Source of the DNA: the human T2T-CHM13v2.0 reference genome, Homo sapiens
Reading direction: 5' to 3' (one strand)
Length of the DNA: 64,000 nucleotides
Assembly: GCF_009914755.1 (NCBI RefSeq)
Contig: NC_060942.1
Part shown: in pieces, positions 39,590-58,435 of the stretch
How positions within the stretch are numbered: position 1 is the stretch's first letter
Layout of the letters: each line of letters starts with the position of its first letter
Made by a program: the position numbers and the translations under genes
The notes under the pieces: model-generated
What the model saw: the letters and a program-made list of their open reading frames with translations, nothing else
The model's database searches: none
What the model was told of the DNA's origin: nothing

Positions 39590-41530
39590 AGACTTATGAG
39601 AATATAACATTGTCATTTCAGACTAACTCTCCTGCTGGAAAAGAAACAAAAAATGAGCAAGCTGAACAAATATTATAAGAAAATATTTTGAACCGACACT
39701 GAACCAGGCAAGCGGTGATGATATGAGAGGTCATGACCCAGAGACGAAGGAAGGAGCAGAGATATGCCTGCAAACTCAAAAGCTGCTTTTCCCAAGGAAG
39801 GATTTTGTTTACCCAAAAGCCGTGCAAGGAAGACTAGAAAGGCTGAGTAGAGTGCTTGCTAATCTCCTGGGTCTGTGATGACAAAAGATGAAATTCAGAG
39901 CCCATTAAAGAAGAAACCTGTGAAATATGCCAGAATTAAAGTTAGGATTCTTGAAGGACTGCACATTAGCAGTATGTGTAAATCAAAAAATAGAACAGCT
40001 CCCACAAAGAATTCAGCCCAGAATAAAAGTATATTTTATGTGTGGAACAAAATTAAATATATTAAAGTGAAATTTGACAGAATACAAAAGAGATATTCTG
40101 AAAACCCTAATAGCTATTGAAACATTTCACACATGTATCTCATGCGTTAATAGAAGCAGCCAAAAATATCATTATGGGGACTGGAAATGTAAACAATATG
40201 ATTCAAAAAATTGACCAAATTGACATATATTGAATGCTAGTTGCAGTGAATACAGAATAGAAGGTCTTTCAGATGTGTTAGAATAGTCACCAAACTTAAT
40301 CAGACGTAGGAGCATGAAGTTATTCTCCATAAATGTCAGCGAATCAAATGTACACATGTTGTGGTACCTGCTAACATATTAAAATGTGTGGATGCTGTTT
40401 TAGTCATGGTAAGAAGGAAATACACTCAAATACATAAGGCAGATGGGAAGAAAGACTAGAAATAAATGAACAAAACAACATCTTGAGAAGAGAGCAAAAA
40501 AAGCCTGGTTTCATCCAATGCATACATTATTGAAATAGAAAGAAGTATTCAATAGAGAATCAATAAAGCCAAATTGTAGTACTTTCACAAGATTAATAAA
40601 CCTAATAAAACTATAATAAAACTGAGAAGTACATGGAGAGAAGGTAGAAATTATAAGCATCAAGGATGAAAAAATGGCCATTAGTAGTAGTTCTAGAGAT
40701 AGTATAAAGATTAAAATAAGATGATCAGACAAGTTGATACTAATAACTTGGAATATTTGATTAAGTTGAAAAATTCCTTGAAAAATACAATCCCTAGTTT
40801 GACTCAAGAAGACAAAAATTATGATATCTCTTAAATAAATTTTATCCTAATGTGATCATCTTCCTACAGTGAAAATTCAAACTCAAAAAATTCACAAATG
40901 AATTTTCCAAACGCTGAAAGAAAAAATATGTAACTTAAAAATTCTTTGAGATATTTTTAAAAAAGAAGAAACAATGTCCAACTATTTTATGAGACCAGAA
41001 TAACATTTACAACAAAACATATAAAGACATGACTCAAAAGTTAAATTGAAAGGTAATATTTACTATAAATATATCTTCAAAAGTCATGAAAAAAACACTA
41101 CCAAACTTGTTTCAGTAATATAAGTCAGCTTGTGAAAATTAGAGTTATTCATTATTCTGTCAGACTGAAAGAAAGCCACATGATCCTTTCAATTGCTTTA
41201 CCATGGCATTTGATAAAGTCCAAGTATATAAGCATTCAAAAAATGTTTAACAAACTATGAATGACAGGAACTTACATCATCAGATAATGCCTGTAGTAAA
41301 AAAAAATAGCTGCAGACAAACCTCATGTTCATTCATGAAACTTTCCCCCTAAGAAATTAAGAATAAGAAAACATTGCTTTCTGTTAAAATTTAAAGGTGT
41401 TAGCTAGTTAAATAAGGAAAATAATGTAAGATCCAGAAAGTAAGTAATTAAAATATCATTTTTCCAGAATGTATAATTGTATAAGTTCAAAATTCAGAAT
41501 CATCTACAGATAAATTAGAATTAATGACTT
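39590..41530 (+). mobile_element. Very old L1M (5' region and ORF2 EN/RT remnants)
   Basis: aattgaccaaattgacatatat; ttcacaagattaataaacctaataaaact; caactattttatgagaccagaataac; ggcatttgataaagtcc. Confidence 0.65.
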
Positions 41531-41639
41531 GCTGCCTTATGAAATAAAAGAACCATATATAACAAGTGAGTATATCTTTACAACAACCTTAGAATTTCCC
41601 ACACTCAACAATTCAATTACAGAATATTATAAATTCCAC

Positions 41640-41945
41640 TTATATCAAATCCTGTATTACCTTATGACGTCAAGTATTAACTTTGCCACTCTATTTGACA
41701 TTGCAAGCCACCAATCCATGTCTAGCAATTTTAACCTTCTGACTTTATTCTATTTTTATTTTCATAGCACACCTCTCTTTGTAACTAAATACATTATTTA
41801 TTTATTTATTGTATATATAATTTATTATCTGTTTTTCCCTAAGTTCCCTGTGGATGTGACTTATGCTTGTTTTATTCATTGTTGTATCTCATATGTGTAG
41901 ATCTGTGTTTGGTACATAATAGGGACTCATTTCTGTAAGGGTTGT
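41640..41945 (+). mobile_element. L2a 3' end
   Basis: ttttcatagcac...ttgttttattcattgttgtatctca...tggtacataatagggactca. Confidence 0.65.
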
Positions 41946-42292
41946 TTGACCTCATGGGATACCACCAATTCACTCCATTATCATTGCCACTCTTTAGGTT
42001 CTGAAAAGGTGAATTGAATTACGTGAATTGAATTGCGTGTTATTAAAAACGTTTTTACAGACTGACTCCCTACCTTCTTTTTCCCATCCTTTTATTTTCT
42101 ATGTTGTGTTCAGAGTAAATTTTCTAATACAATCTTCATGAAATTATGGTCTCAGGACAATACAGTAAGTTGAAATAGAACAATGTTTCACTAACAATAA
42201 ATAGAAAAAAGGTAAAGTACAAAAGCCTGGTATTTAAAATACAAATTTGTAGAAGCAACAAGACCCACATGAAATAAAATTTCAGAGTGAGA

Positions 42293-44005
42293 ACCGAATT
42301 AATGAAATATCTTTCAAAATTCCAATGGCATTTTTCACAGAAATAGAAAAAAAATCTTAAAATTTCATATGAAACTGTAAAAGACCCTGAATAACCAAAG
42401 CAATCTTGAGAAAGAACAAAGCTGGGGACATAACACTTCATGACTTCAAACTACATTACAAACATATACTAATCAAAACAGTATAGTACACAAATAAGAA
42501 CAGACTCATAGTCCAATGGAACAGGATAGAGAGCCCAGAAATAAACTAATCGGTATATGGTCAAGCATTTTTAGATAGGGATGCCATGAATACACAATAA
42601 GAAAAGTATAGTCCATTTAATAAATGTTGTTGGGAAAACTGTCTATCCATATGAAGGAGAATAAAATTGGACCTTTTCCTTATACCATAAACAAAAATTA
42701 ACTCGATACGGATTAAAGACTTAAACTTAGGACTTGAATCCATAAAACTCCTAGGAGAAAATAGGTGAAAAGCTCCTTGACATTGATCTTGGCAATTTGG
42801 ATATGACACCGATAGCACGTGAAACAAAAGCAAAAATAAACAAGTGGGACCATATCAAAGCACAATGTTTCTGGTCAGAAAACAAACATAAATCAGCAAA
42901 ACAAAATGACAACTGATACAATTTTAAAAATATGTTGCAAACCATATATCTGATAAGGGATTAATATTCAAAATAAGGAACTCATACAATTCAGTAGCAT
43001 AAACCAAACCAAAACAAAAAACATGATTTAAAAATGAGCAAAAAATCTGAATGGACATTTTTCCAAAGGTGATGTACCAACGGTCAACAGTTACGTGAAA
43101 AGATGCTCCACATCACTATGCATCAGGGAAATGAAAATTAAAACCACAATGAGAAAGCACGTTGAACCTGTTAAGATCTTTAGTATTAAAAAGCAGGAGA
43201 TAACACGTGTTGGGGAGGGTATGGAGAAGAGGGAACCCTTTTGCACTGTTGGTGGCAATGTAAATAGGAATAACCATTATGGAAAACAGTATGGAGGTTT
43301 CCGAAAGCTTAAAACTACCATATGATCCAGCAATCCCACATCTGGGTATACATCTAAAAAAAAAAATTAATGTCAGTATCTCAAAGATGTATCTGCACAC
43401 TCATGTTTATTGCAGCATTATTCACAATAGTAAAGATATAAAACAACCTAAGTTACCATTTACACGTGAATGGGTAAAGAAAATATGGGCGTGTATAATA
43501 GAATATTATTCATCTATAAAGAAAAGAAAATCTTGCCATCTGCGACAACTTGGATGAACCTGGAGGACATTATGCTAAGTGAAATAAGCCAGACACAAAA
43601 AGACAAATACTGTATGATTTTACTTACATTTGGAATCTAAAAATGTTGAAATCGCAGAAGCAGAGAGTAGAATGATGGCTGCCAGGGGCTGGAGGGTGAG
43701 GGAGATGTCCAGATGTCAATCAAAGGGTATAAACTTTCAATTATCAGATGGGGGAATCTCATGTATGGCATAGTAACTATGGTTAATAAAGTCATATTAT
43801 AGATTTGAAATTTGCTAAGAGAGTAGATCCAAAGTGTTCTCACCACAAAATATTGTTAACTATGTGAGGTAATAGTTATATGAATTAGCTTGATTGTGGT
43901 AATCATTTCAAAATGTAAACATATGTCAAAATTATCATGTTGTATAACTTAAACATATACAATTTTTATCTGTCAATTATTCCTCATTAAGACTAGAAAA
44001 AGATG
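42293..44005 (+). mobile_element. L1MA9-like, 5'-truncated
   Basis: Decayed ORF2 C-terminus; 3'UTR gaaatttgctaagagagtagatc...gcttgattgtggtaatcatttc; TSD aaatttcagagtgaga at 42277-42292 and 44006-44021. Confidence 0.93.
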
Positions 44006-44749
44006 AAATTTCAGAGTGAGAGCAATGATTTAGAAGTGAGTGAGACAACTACCACCAGAATTGTTTTTATTTTCTAACCCTGGATGCTTGGACATCGTAG
44101 CGGAGTGATGCTGTGTTTCTCTTTGGAGAAACAGCTTTTAGAAGGTTCAGAGGGCTGCAGTAACATATGGGAAACTTGAAGGGCCTCAAAGACATGGATG
44201 GTTTCCCTGACAGGTTCTTTTCTGAATGCTAACATTATGCAGAAGAGTGCAGCGCAAAGACAAACGCATTTGAAAAATAGAGTGAAATATCATGAAGTAT
44301 TTCAGTACTAAATATAAAGTCACAACTGATGGAATGGATTCTGAAAAGAGAATATGCAAGATATGCAAGAAAAATAGCGTGTACTGACAAAGAACATAAC
44401 TTGATTTTTCCTTTGGGGAAATATATTTGTTATGGGGGCTACTAGAAGTTGGGAATCTGAGCTTGATTATTCACAGATTTCTTTTGAGAGATAAGAGAAG
44501 CCAGCAACGATTTTGGTGTTCAAATAGGGTTGCTGTGACAATATTGAAGACTTGGATGTTCTCAAACACATGACCAATGTTTCCTTCAAGATACTTGGTC
44601 TACTTTGACTCTTCATGTGGCGGGATGCTAATGAACTGAAACTCCAGAAGGCATGAAGGGAATCTGCCCCATCCTTGAAGACGAAAGAGACAAATGCCCT
44701 CCATGCTTACCAAGGAAAGTCCTTGAAAGATACACCCTGTGATTGAGAA

Positions 44750-46340
44750 CAAACCAGACAGAGAAGGTCTTCCAAAAACTCAAACTCAGGCCTTACTAAG
44801 TTATTTCTTTGATATGATTGAGTTATTCAGCTTCTTATCAACCTTCCAGCTGAAGAAGCAGCTCACTCTGGAGAAAACATAATCTTATCTTGTGTTCCTT
44901 AGCCTCCAACACACAGAAAACAACAAAATATTATTAGTCATGTAAGAATTACATTTTGTTAATAATGAGAGGAAAGAGTATATAGAAAAACAAATGAACG
45001 GATGGCCCAGCTAATAGATTTAGTAGAAAATGGCTTTAAAATAAGTCTAATTAATGTGTTAAAGGAAATGGGTAAAATACAGCCAAAAATATAAAGATAA
45101 TAAATTTACCACAGAAATGCCATTGATACAGAAGAATGATATAGACATCCTCTGATAGACAAATAAAATATCAAGAATTAAAAGCTTAAAATGTGTGTGT
45201 TTGTAATACCATACTGGGCATAACAGAACGCAGACTTAATAAAGCAGGATGACATATGTATAACAAATGCCCAAATTTTAGCATAGACAGCAAACACACA
45301 CCAAAAAAAGTAGAATATATAAGAACATACAAGATATGTGTGACAGTCTTAATAGTTATGATATACTTTTAACTGGGATACAATAAAGAACATGAAGAGA
45401 GAAGACAGCAAAAGCAATTTTAAAAAGATAACGGCCCCAAATTTTCAAAATTTCATGAATCCACACACCAATCCACAATTTAAGGATACTCCAGTTAATA
45501 TGAATAAGAGGAAAACCACATAGATCTTCTAATTTTAACTGCATATCAATCCAGCCCAAAACTTAGCAGCATAAAAAAGGCATTTACCATTTTTCATAAT
45601 TCAACGAGACAACTGGGTGCTATTTTGGGCAAGCTGAGCTGGTACTGTAAGATCTGTGTTGGCCTCAATACCATATCTGACAGTTAGCGGTTTCTAAATA
45701 GGACAATGGATTTGCTTGGCCATGTGTCTCTCGTCATCCAGCAAATAAGCCAATCTTAACATGAAGATGATGACAGGGTTCCCAAGAGAATCAAACAATT
45801 AAGCTCCAAATTGCAATCGTTTGAATAATTCTGCTAACATCATGTTTGTAAATGTCCTCAAAACACTCAAAACAACGCAAAACAAGTTATACTGTCAAGC
45901 CCAGTCTTAAAGCGTAGAGAAGAGACTCCACCTCTTGAGAAGGAGAAAATAAAATTGCCTTCAGAATCAAACAACTAAGCTACAGATTGGAAGAGTTTGA
46001 AAGATTCTGCTTATGTAATATTTGTGAATGTCCTGTTGATCAAAACAAATTATATCCCAGTTATAAGGAGTGGAGAAGAGACTCCACCTCTTAAGGGGAG
46101 GAAAATAAAATTGCCTTCAGAAGTGGTATGTGTACAGGAATGGGAGGAATTTATGGCCATTTTTGTAATCAACCATATCATATATAACACTGTAAAACAG
46201 CTGAAAAGCAAAACCAAATAAAATGTTAGATGAACTGATAGACACACATTACTTGTTTAAAAATGAGAATAGTAATTGAATTCCCAAAAGAAAGAATGAA
46301 AGCCAAAGTACAATAGGATAGACTTAAAATCTCAAAAAGA
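44750..46340 (+). mobile_element. Old L1M/HAL1-type ORF1 region, split by MLT1
   Basis: ggctttaaaataagtctaattaatgtgttaaagg; gataacggccccaaattttcaaaatttcatgaa; resumes gtaaaacagctgaaaagcaaaac after 46178. Confidence 0.6.
45525..46177 (-). mobile_element. MaLR LTR (MLT1F/G/H-like) with internal tandem duplication
   Basis: cccaaaacttagcagcataaaa; gtctctcgtcatccagca; gagaagagactccacctctt twice; ends ggccatttttgtaatcaaccata. Confidence 0.8.
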
Positions 46341-46470
46341 GGGGTGATGTCAGCAAAAATGGTGGCATAATGATTTTCTACAATTCTCTCCACCATAAAA
46401 GCAAGGAGATCATTGGAAGATTTGTCAGAATCAGCTGTTTTTCAGAACTACAGAAATTAGTCAAATAAAT
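46341..46470 (+). mobile_element. L1M 5' terminal fragment
   Basis: ggggtgatgtcagcaaaaatggtgg...tgtcagaatcagctgtttttcagaact, like old L1M 5' ends with a decayed YY1 site. Confidence 0.5.
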
Positions 46471-46499
46471 TCTGGGAACCAACTATTTATCTGAATAAA

Positions 46500-47580
<1,081 letters not shown>

Positions 47581-49054
47581 CCACATCTGCATCCATATCC
47601 TCATGTGTGTTCTCTCTCTCTTTCTCATTCTCACCCTCACTCTATCTATCTATCTCTGTATGGAAAACTGAATCCATTAGAGTACATATTTATAATTGAA
47701 TCTGGAATATTTATCAGAATTGACCATATTCTACTTCATAAATAAAATCTTCCCACATTTCAAATATTGTGATAATTTTCATTTCATTCTCAAATTACAG
47801 TTTAAGCATTAGAATAATTTTAAAATTATTTTAAAATAATTTTTAAAAGATAACGAAAAAAATTGCTGTACATCAATTTAGAAGATGCGTATACTCTTCT
47901 AAAATATGCATGGATCAAAAATTTAGTCAAAGTGGAAATTAGAAAATATTTTATACAAATTGATGATGTTGATGTTATAATCAAAACTTATTTGATGCAG
48001 CTAAGGCTATGCACGAGATAAATTTGGAATTCTTTTATGTATATTAAAAAACAAGGAAAAAATCAGTGATCTAAATGTTTAGTCTATTTTTTAAAGAATA
48101 ATTCTTGTATATGTTTTTAATTTTTAATAGACAAAATTGTATGTATTACTTGTGCATGTTTTAATAAATTGGATATAAGATTTTATTTTAAAATGTAGAA
48201 AAGTTCAAAAGTAGGAAAACCATTTTTCATGATCTTAAAGAAACTAAGATTCTTTTCACATTTTTCTTAAATGTTTTATAGGAAACTTTTCTTACGGTCC
48301 TGGGAGTTGCTTTGTAGGAAAGTTATTGATTATTAATTTATATAATTTAATAGATATCAGGTGTTTAGGTTTACTATTCCTCCTTTTTCATATATGTGTC
48401 TTTGAATAAACTTTATTATTATACCTATATTCCAAAGTTGACATGTTATCCTTTTATTGTCTTTCGAATATCTGTTGGGTATGTATTAATGTCCAGACTT
48501 TCATCTTCGATAGTCATAATTTGTACCACTTTTGTTTTTGACAGCCTTGCTAGAACCTTAATAATTCTAATTTTATTTTTTAGTGAGCCAAATGTGGTAT
48601 TATTTACTCTATTATATGTGTTTTCTATTTCATCTATTTATAACTTTATATTTATTTTTCGACTATATATCTCCCGGAAATTACAACATAGAAAAAGATA
48701 AATTGGAAAGGAAGTCATAAGTCTATATTTATTCCCAGATGGCTTAATTTTAGACCTGGAAACTTCAGGTGAATCTAACAACCATAATAAAATGAATAAA
48801 GAAATTTTACTGAATGCAAACTGGTATAAAACCTGTATTTTATTATAGTCACAAAAATATAAAAATAAAATTTAAAAATCATGTTTGCAATAGTATCTAA
48901 CCAACACACTAAAGTTAGTAAAATATGTGTGATATTCACTATAAAAACCATGTAGTTAATGTGAAAAACAAAGACTTAAATGAGCTATACCGTGCCCATG
49001 TCATGAAGGACTCAGTATTATAGATGTACAATTCCCTGAATTGTTCTAGAGAGT

Positions 49055-49731
49055 TGTTATAGACTAAATGTTGTGTCTCCCCAGAATGCATATGTTAAAA
49101 TCCTAACCCTGGGCCGGGCGCGGTGGCTCACGCCTGTAATCTCAGCACTTTGGGAGGCCGAGGCGGGCGGATCACGAGGTCAGGAGATCGAGACCATCCT
49201 GGCTAACGCGGTGAAACCCCATCTCTACCAAAAATACAAAAAATTAGCCATGCGTGGTGGTGGGCGCCTGCAGTCCCAGCTACTCGGGAGGCCGAGGCAG
49301 GAGAATGGCGTGAACCCGGGAGGCGGAGCTTGCAGTGAGCCGAGATCGCTAACAGCACTCCAGCCTGGGGATAGAGTGAGACTCCGTCTCAAAAAACAAA
49401 ACAAAACAAAACAAACAACAACAACAAAACAAACAAACAAAAAACCTAACCCTCAGTTTTAGGAACTAGAAGATGGGGACCTTGTGAATTTATTTAGCCA
49501 GCATGGTAGGGCTCTCACAAATGGGATTATTACTCTTATAAAAGACAATCCAGAGACCTCTCTTGCCCTCTTGACGCCATGTAAAGATCCCACTACAAGG
49601 CAGGATCTGTAATTCAGACGAAAGTCCTTACTTGGACTTGTAAGCTCCAGAACCTTGAGAAATATTAAATTTCTGTTGTTTAAGCCTGCCAGGGTGTGGT
49701 AATTTGTTAAAGCAGCCCACACTGACTAAGA
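49055..49731 (+). mobile_element. MLT1A0-like solo LTR containing an AluY
   Basis: tgttatagactaaatgttgtgtctcccc...aatcctaaccc; ctccagaaccttgagaaatattaaatttctgttgtttaagcc...actgactaaga; flanks agagt/ggagt. Confidence 0.88.
49112..49440 (+). mobile_element. AluY with (CAAAA)n/(CAA)n tail
   Basis: gatcacgaggtcaggagatcgagaccatcctggctaac; gagaatggcgtgaacccggg; TSD aaaa(t)cctaaccct at 49097-49110 and 49441-49453. Confidence 0.97.
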
Positions 49732-50573
49732 GGAGTCAGTCTAATACAGCCGACATTGGAGCAGGTTTTTCGTTTTACTTTGTTTTGTTTTCTGGAAATT
49801 GCCAGGGTGACTTTAAAATGAGCATCTAAAAGTTTATAGGGTAAAAAACAAGCAAGGTATCGAAAATGATGTTAGATAAGAAAATTATTCCATCAAGACT
49901 AATTGCAAAGCAGCAATAATTTCAACAGTGTGATATCAAAGAAAGGAAAGACAAATAGGTCAGTATTTTGGCATAGAGCTCAGAAAAAGACTCACACATA
50001 TATGGATATGTGTGAATATGGGAAACTCTACTTAGGACAAATCCTGCTTTTTTGTTCACTGTAAATATGGGGAAATTGGCTCAAGCAAAGTTTTATTTTA
50101 TTTTATTTTTAAGACATTAAATCCAATGAGCATAAACTGAAATTAACATAAATATTTTATCTGTATTTCTGGCAGAAGTGAATATATTTCTCTTTCAGAG
50201 ATTTCATTATCAAAATATACTGAATGAAATAACTATATCTACTACAGAAAACTCGAAGCTCATTGTGTACAGTTAGAAAACACATAAAGAAACAGAGTCA
50301 GCCATGAAAAGGAGGAAAGAGGTAGGATAGGTGCGGGAATTATATACCCTGAATCTTTGGGAAATATAATTTTCACCAAAGGATTATAAAATAAACTGAT
50401 ATTTTCCAAAAAGTTAAAGAATTTAAAATGTTAATTTACAAAAATAATTCAAAAATTAAATTACAGAAAATGTAGGTAAGGCGTTACCTCTTTCCTTTCG
50501 AACATCTGGTTAGAAATTTCACTGTAATAAATTGAAAGATTATGTCCCCAAACTCATAAGTTAAATTAAATAG

Positions 50574-51026
<453 letters not shown>

Positions 51027-51699
51027 TAAAAATAACCTGAAAATTATGAACAATCTGCCCCAACAATAAGGTAATGTATAACAGGAAAAATAAAACTATA
51101 CTTAATAATGTTAATAAAAAACTTCAAACTTTTTTCACCTACGTTAGCTAATGAATATTGAAATTTCTAAAAAGTGAAATTTCGGATTCATTTCTATACA
51201 TGACAAAAGATTCAAGAAAATTCGTTTTTCAATAGAAGTGCAGAAATCTCAATTCACTTACAAATCATGTAAAATTTAATGCTATTGCAAAATTACTGGA
51301 GGGAAATATGGGAAAATATATTGGCAACCTGAAACACAAATAGGAATATAAATGAAAAAAAAAAGTCTAATCTAGTAATTAGTCTTAGGGAATATATTAG
51401 CTAGAAATAACCAAATAGGAGCATGTTGTGTTGAAGTATGAGATGTGATATCAAGGTGGTGTGGTATATTTCCCATTCTCTTGACATTTCCACATTTTCC
51501 AAGTTTGTTGCTGTAGCATTACACATCAAGACAGTAAGAAGGAAAGAAGGCATCTTCTCTAATTATGATCATTTCCGTTTTTCTTTTTTCCTCCCTTTCT
51601 TCTTTCATAAAGATCTCAGCCTATATGATCCTACTAGTAATCATTTTATAGACAACTTTGGTGATGAAATTACTTTTAAGTGGCTTAATATAAGTACAT

Positions 51700-53000
51700 A
51701 ATAATTTACTTACCCCCTCTTAAGTTGATAGAAGTTAAATTTATTTCCAATTTTGCTCCAGCCAAAAAAATTAGCAAACATTAATTTTTATATATTTTCA
51801 TATACTGACATTTTTATTTTATAGTGAAAAGTGAAATTATGAAATCAACTGGTATGCATATATTTAATATAAATATAACTTATAGATTGTTCTCCATAAA
51901 AACTAACATTTCACTTTTTCACCAGTAATGAATGATCAAAATTTTCCTAAAACACTGCCAGGTTTAATTGCACTTATTTTTGTCAATCTGATGACTAAAA
52001 AGTAATGGTAGTTATGGTCATTTTATTTGCATTCAGTGAATACAGATCACTTTCAACATGTTTAATTGTAATTTGGCTGTTAGTTTGAAAATTTCTATAA
52101 TTATTATTCACATTTTTTTATGTTTTCTAGACTTCTTTATTAAATATATTAACCATCACAGAATTTCTCCAAAGTCAGCTGGGCTTTGTTTTGTTTTATA
52201 TTTTCATAGTCACTTTTGTAATATGAAACAAGTGAATGTAACTTATTAAGGTTGTCTTACCAACTTCTTAGTTTCAGTTTCTTAAATTTACACTTAAGAT
52301 TTGGTCATTTTATGGTACAGAATTGTATTACATTTTTAATACACTGGAATGTAAATTACATGTGGTATGAGATAAGAATCCAAGTTTTCCTACAAAGCAT
52401 GGGTGTCCAATGTTTTGGCTTCCCTGAGCCACATTGAAAGAATAATTATCTTGGGCCACATATAAAATACACTAACACTAAGGATAGCTGATGAGCTTAA
52501 AAAAAATAATAATAATAAAAAAAAAACCTCACTCAAGAAAGTTTACCTATTTGTGTTGGGCTGCATTCAAAGCCAGCTTGGGCCACATGTGGCCTGCAGA
52601 CCGTGAGTTGAACAAGCTTGCAGTCTGAAGTAAAATTGTATTTTCTATTGTGAATTGAATACTAATTATCATTGTCATCATTATTCACAAAATTGATTGG
52701 TTTCATATTTATTCTGTATTTATTTGCCTCACTGAGTTATTTTATCAATATTGTTTTCTTTTTTAAAAAGTTGTGTTCTCAACTACTCTCTGCATATAAA
52801 CACTACACCAGCAAAATAAATTTGTCTACTCTTCTCAAAATAATTTTGTTTTCGTTCTAAATAGTTCTAATCATTAAATGTGTTTCTATTTGTAATCACT
52901 GGTGTCCTTATTTTGCTTATGATTTTAATTAAAATGGCATTAGAGTTCTTTCAATTTCAATGAAGTTTACCACTCAAGTAAATATGCTTTGTCAAATATA
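51700..53000 (-). mobile_element. L1ME remnant, split by MER30
   Basis: ttatttccaattttgct; tttttgtcaatctgatg; ttttatttgcatt; gtggtatgagataagaatccaag. Confidence 0.55.
52398..52620 (+). mobile_element. MER30 (hAT-Charlie non-autonomous DNA transposon)
   Basis: catgggtgtccaatgttttggcttccctgagccacattg...aaaatacactaacactaaggatagctgatgagct...gttgaacaagcttg. Confidence 0.93.
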
Positions 53001-53449
53001 AGTGGTTACTTTCTAATTCAATTTTACTTAGATACTTCATTAGGAAAGTCTGCTGAGTATTCTCAAATCTCATTTCAGTGTGTATTAAAAAAATTGAATA
53101 AAATAATTCACCTAGAAAATGAAGGGAATGAGCCAGATTATCTTCAAGACTCTTTGTAAGAACTCTACCATATTATGTTTTTCAGGAAAGTAGCATCCAG
53201 GCATGAGAAGAAGGTAGGATGTGTTTATAAAGAGACTACAAAACAAGATCCTGAGTGTGACTCAAAGGTGGAGTATAAGTTGTTAAACAAAATTAAAGTC
53301 TTTAAAAAGAGATTTAGCAATGAAACAATGAACTAGGAGCTGTCATTGCCCTCTGCAAGTAATAAATACAAAAGCCTCAAAAGTTTCTCCTTTTCTAATT
53401 CAGAGGATATACCACATTGAAAAATGGCGGAGTCTAGCGTAGTATAAAT

Positions 53450-54212
<763 letters not shown>

Positions 54213-56092
54213 CCAATGCTATATTAAATATTTTTGAACTACTGCATTGTATTATCCGATTCTGTAGTTTTTAGTCTACAAGGCTAGGCAGAGCTGCATG
54301 CAATTCTCTGCATGCACTTCTCCTTATCCCTGACTGCTTCTAGAACATGACCTCCCTATACAGTGTATTACTTGTAATCAATGACCTCAGAAGAGTCTGA
54401 CACACAAAGAGGACTTAAGAGCTTTCTGCACCTGTCTTGGTGTCTACATTCGCTCCTAATATTTTCTATTATATAACCTTTATCAGTTTGATAATAAATA
54501 TTTATGTAGATGGTTCTATTTTTCACCAGGGTGTTACCCACCTGACAGAGATAATTTCAAGAATTTTTTTTTAATAAATGACTGAGCACTTTATATCTAT
54601 CCAAGTCAAGGAGCAGAAAACGGTAAATGCCACAGTGTATGGTCAGAAAGAAGAATCTTTCTCTGCGGTGAAAACGTCAGTGAATCTTACATAGCTTTTG
54701 TTTATGCAAACTAATCATATATTACTGTGATATGCCAGGAACATGGGAAGAACATGTGGTTATTTACCACAGGAATACTTAAGCTACATTTTCACAGCAA
54801 AATATCCTATTTTTGTGAAGCTGTTCTTTGCCACCCTGCTGACATCTTAGGGCCATGGCATTAGCCTCCTATATTTGGCATAGGCAAGGTTCTTGAAAGC
54901 CAAGAGGTTTGTTTTTCCTCCCAACCTGGAGAACATTTAACTTGGACTGTCCTTCACAGGAACGAGATCATCAAGGCTAACAAACCAGAGAGCTGCACTG
55001 GAGTTACATTTGAGGAGCAGAGATTAATAAGTCTGCAGAAGACAATGAACAATAACTTGGTCTATTAGTTCTGCCGGATTCAGACAGTTAATTACTAAGA
55101 ACTAAAACACTGTATTGAGAAAAAGAGAACGTGCTTCTGTGATTCAACATATCATACCCAAGCATGCAATGGTAAAGTTGAACCAGTATAATTCAAAGGC
55201 TGGCAAGGCTGGTTAATGTAAATGTGTAAAGCAATGGTTTGGATCTGTTTTCAGTGCAGAATATTAAAAATATGCCATCAGATGCTCTTTTTTTGTTGAT
55301 TAAGATAAATACAAAGAAACACTTCTTTTTTCCAAGAAGCAAGAGTAACTAAATTTAATCACATTAGAGACTTTTAGTGCCTTGTTATAGGCCATCTCTT
55401 TTTTTCACTTGCTTGTTTTCTCTCAGGCACTAGAAGATGATGATAATGTTTAAAATTCTTCAGTAGTTCCTCTCACAGTTTGTAAATCAGATCTTCATTT
55501 AAAGATATCTTATTCCTTTGAAGTCTAAAAATTAAAGTGCCCACTATTTATATCAATGTTACATTTGTGAAATGAATGCTTTCTCCTGAAGTGGTTTTAC
55601 ATATTGCATCATTATTTCTAGAAAGCAATAATCTATTCATTTTTTACACCCTGTTCTTCCTGACATCTCATTTTGCCCTTAGGTTACCCAGCTTTGCCCA
55701 AATATGCATAACTTATGTACTTATATTTCCCATATTTTATGTATAAAATCCATAGAAATGAATGCTATTATCCTCCTCGCACCTCAGTACTTGAGCAGCT
55801 CCTTTTTATAGCAAAAATGGGAAAACAGCTTGCTATATACAACATGATTGTGTGTGTTTATATTCATGTATGGCATTCTTCATTCTCATTGTTTTCCTTT
55901 ACAGTGAATTGAAACTATTTCTATATAATTTATATTTCTAATCACAGTCTCTTTAAAGGTGAAAATATCTTTAATTTCTGGGAATGCTTTTCGCAGATAA
56001 CAATACCCACACAGAGATAGATGTGTGTTTTTGTGCATGTGTTTGTGTGTTATATTGGTGCAGAGTGCTGAGCTCTTACCATTTTGTTTTTA

Positions 56093-58435
<2,343 letters not shown>

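Larger units (their letters stand above)
47670..50010. mobile_element. Fragmented L1ME ORF2 pieces in mixed orientation
   Basis: Sense EN-like ~47670-48090, antisense ~48280-48660, sense ~48680-49054 and ~49737-50010. Confidence 0.55.

Noticed and set aside
41529-41900. 123-aa hydrophobic ORF
   Set aside because: AT-rich, overlaps an L2 3' end, non-ATG start, no recognisable domain
47810-47850. AT-only quasi-palindromes (also 17355-17395)
   Set aside because: Low complexity; expected at this base composition
49102-49453. cctaaccct twice, telomere-like
   Set aside because: MLT1A sequence duplicated as the AluY TSD
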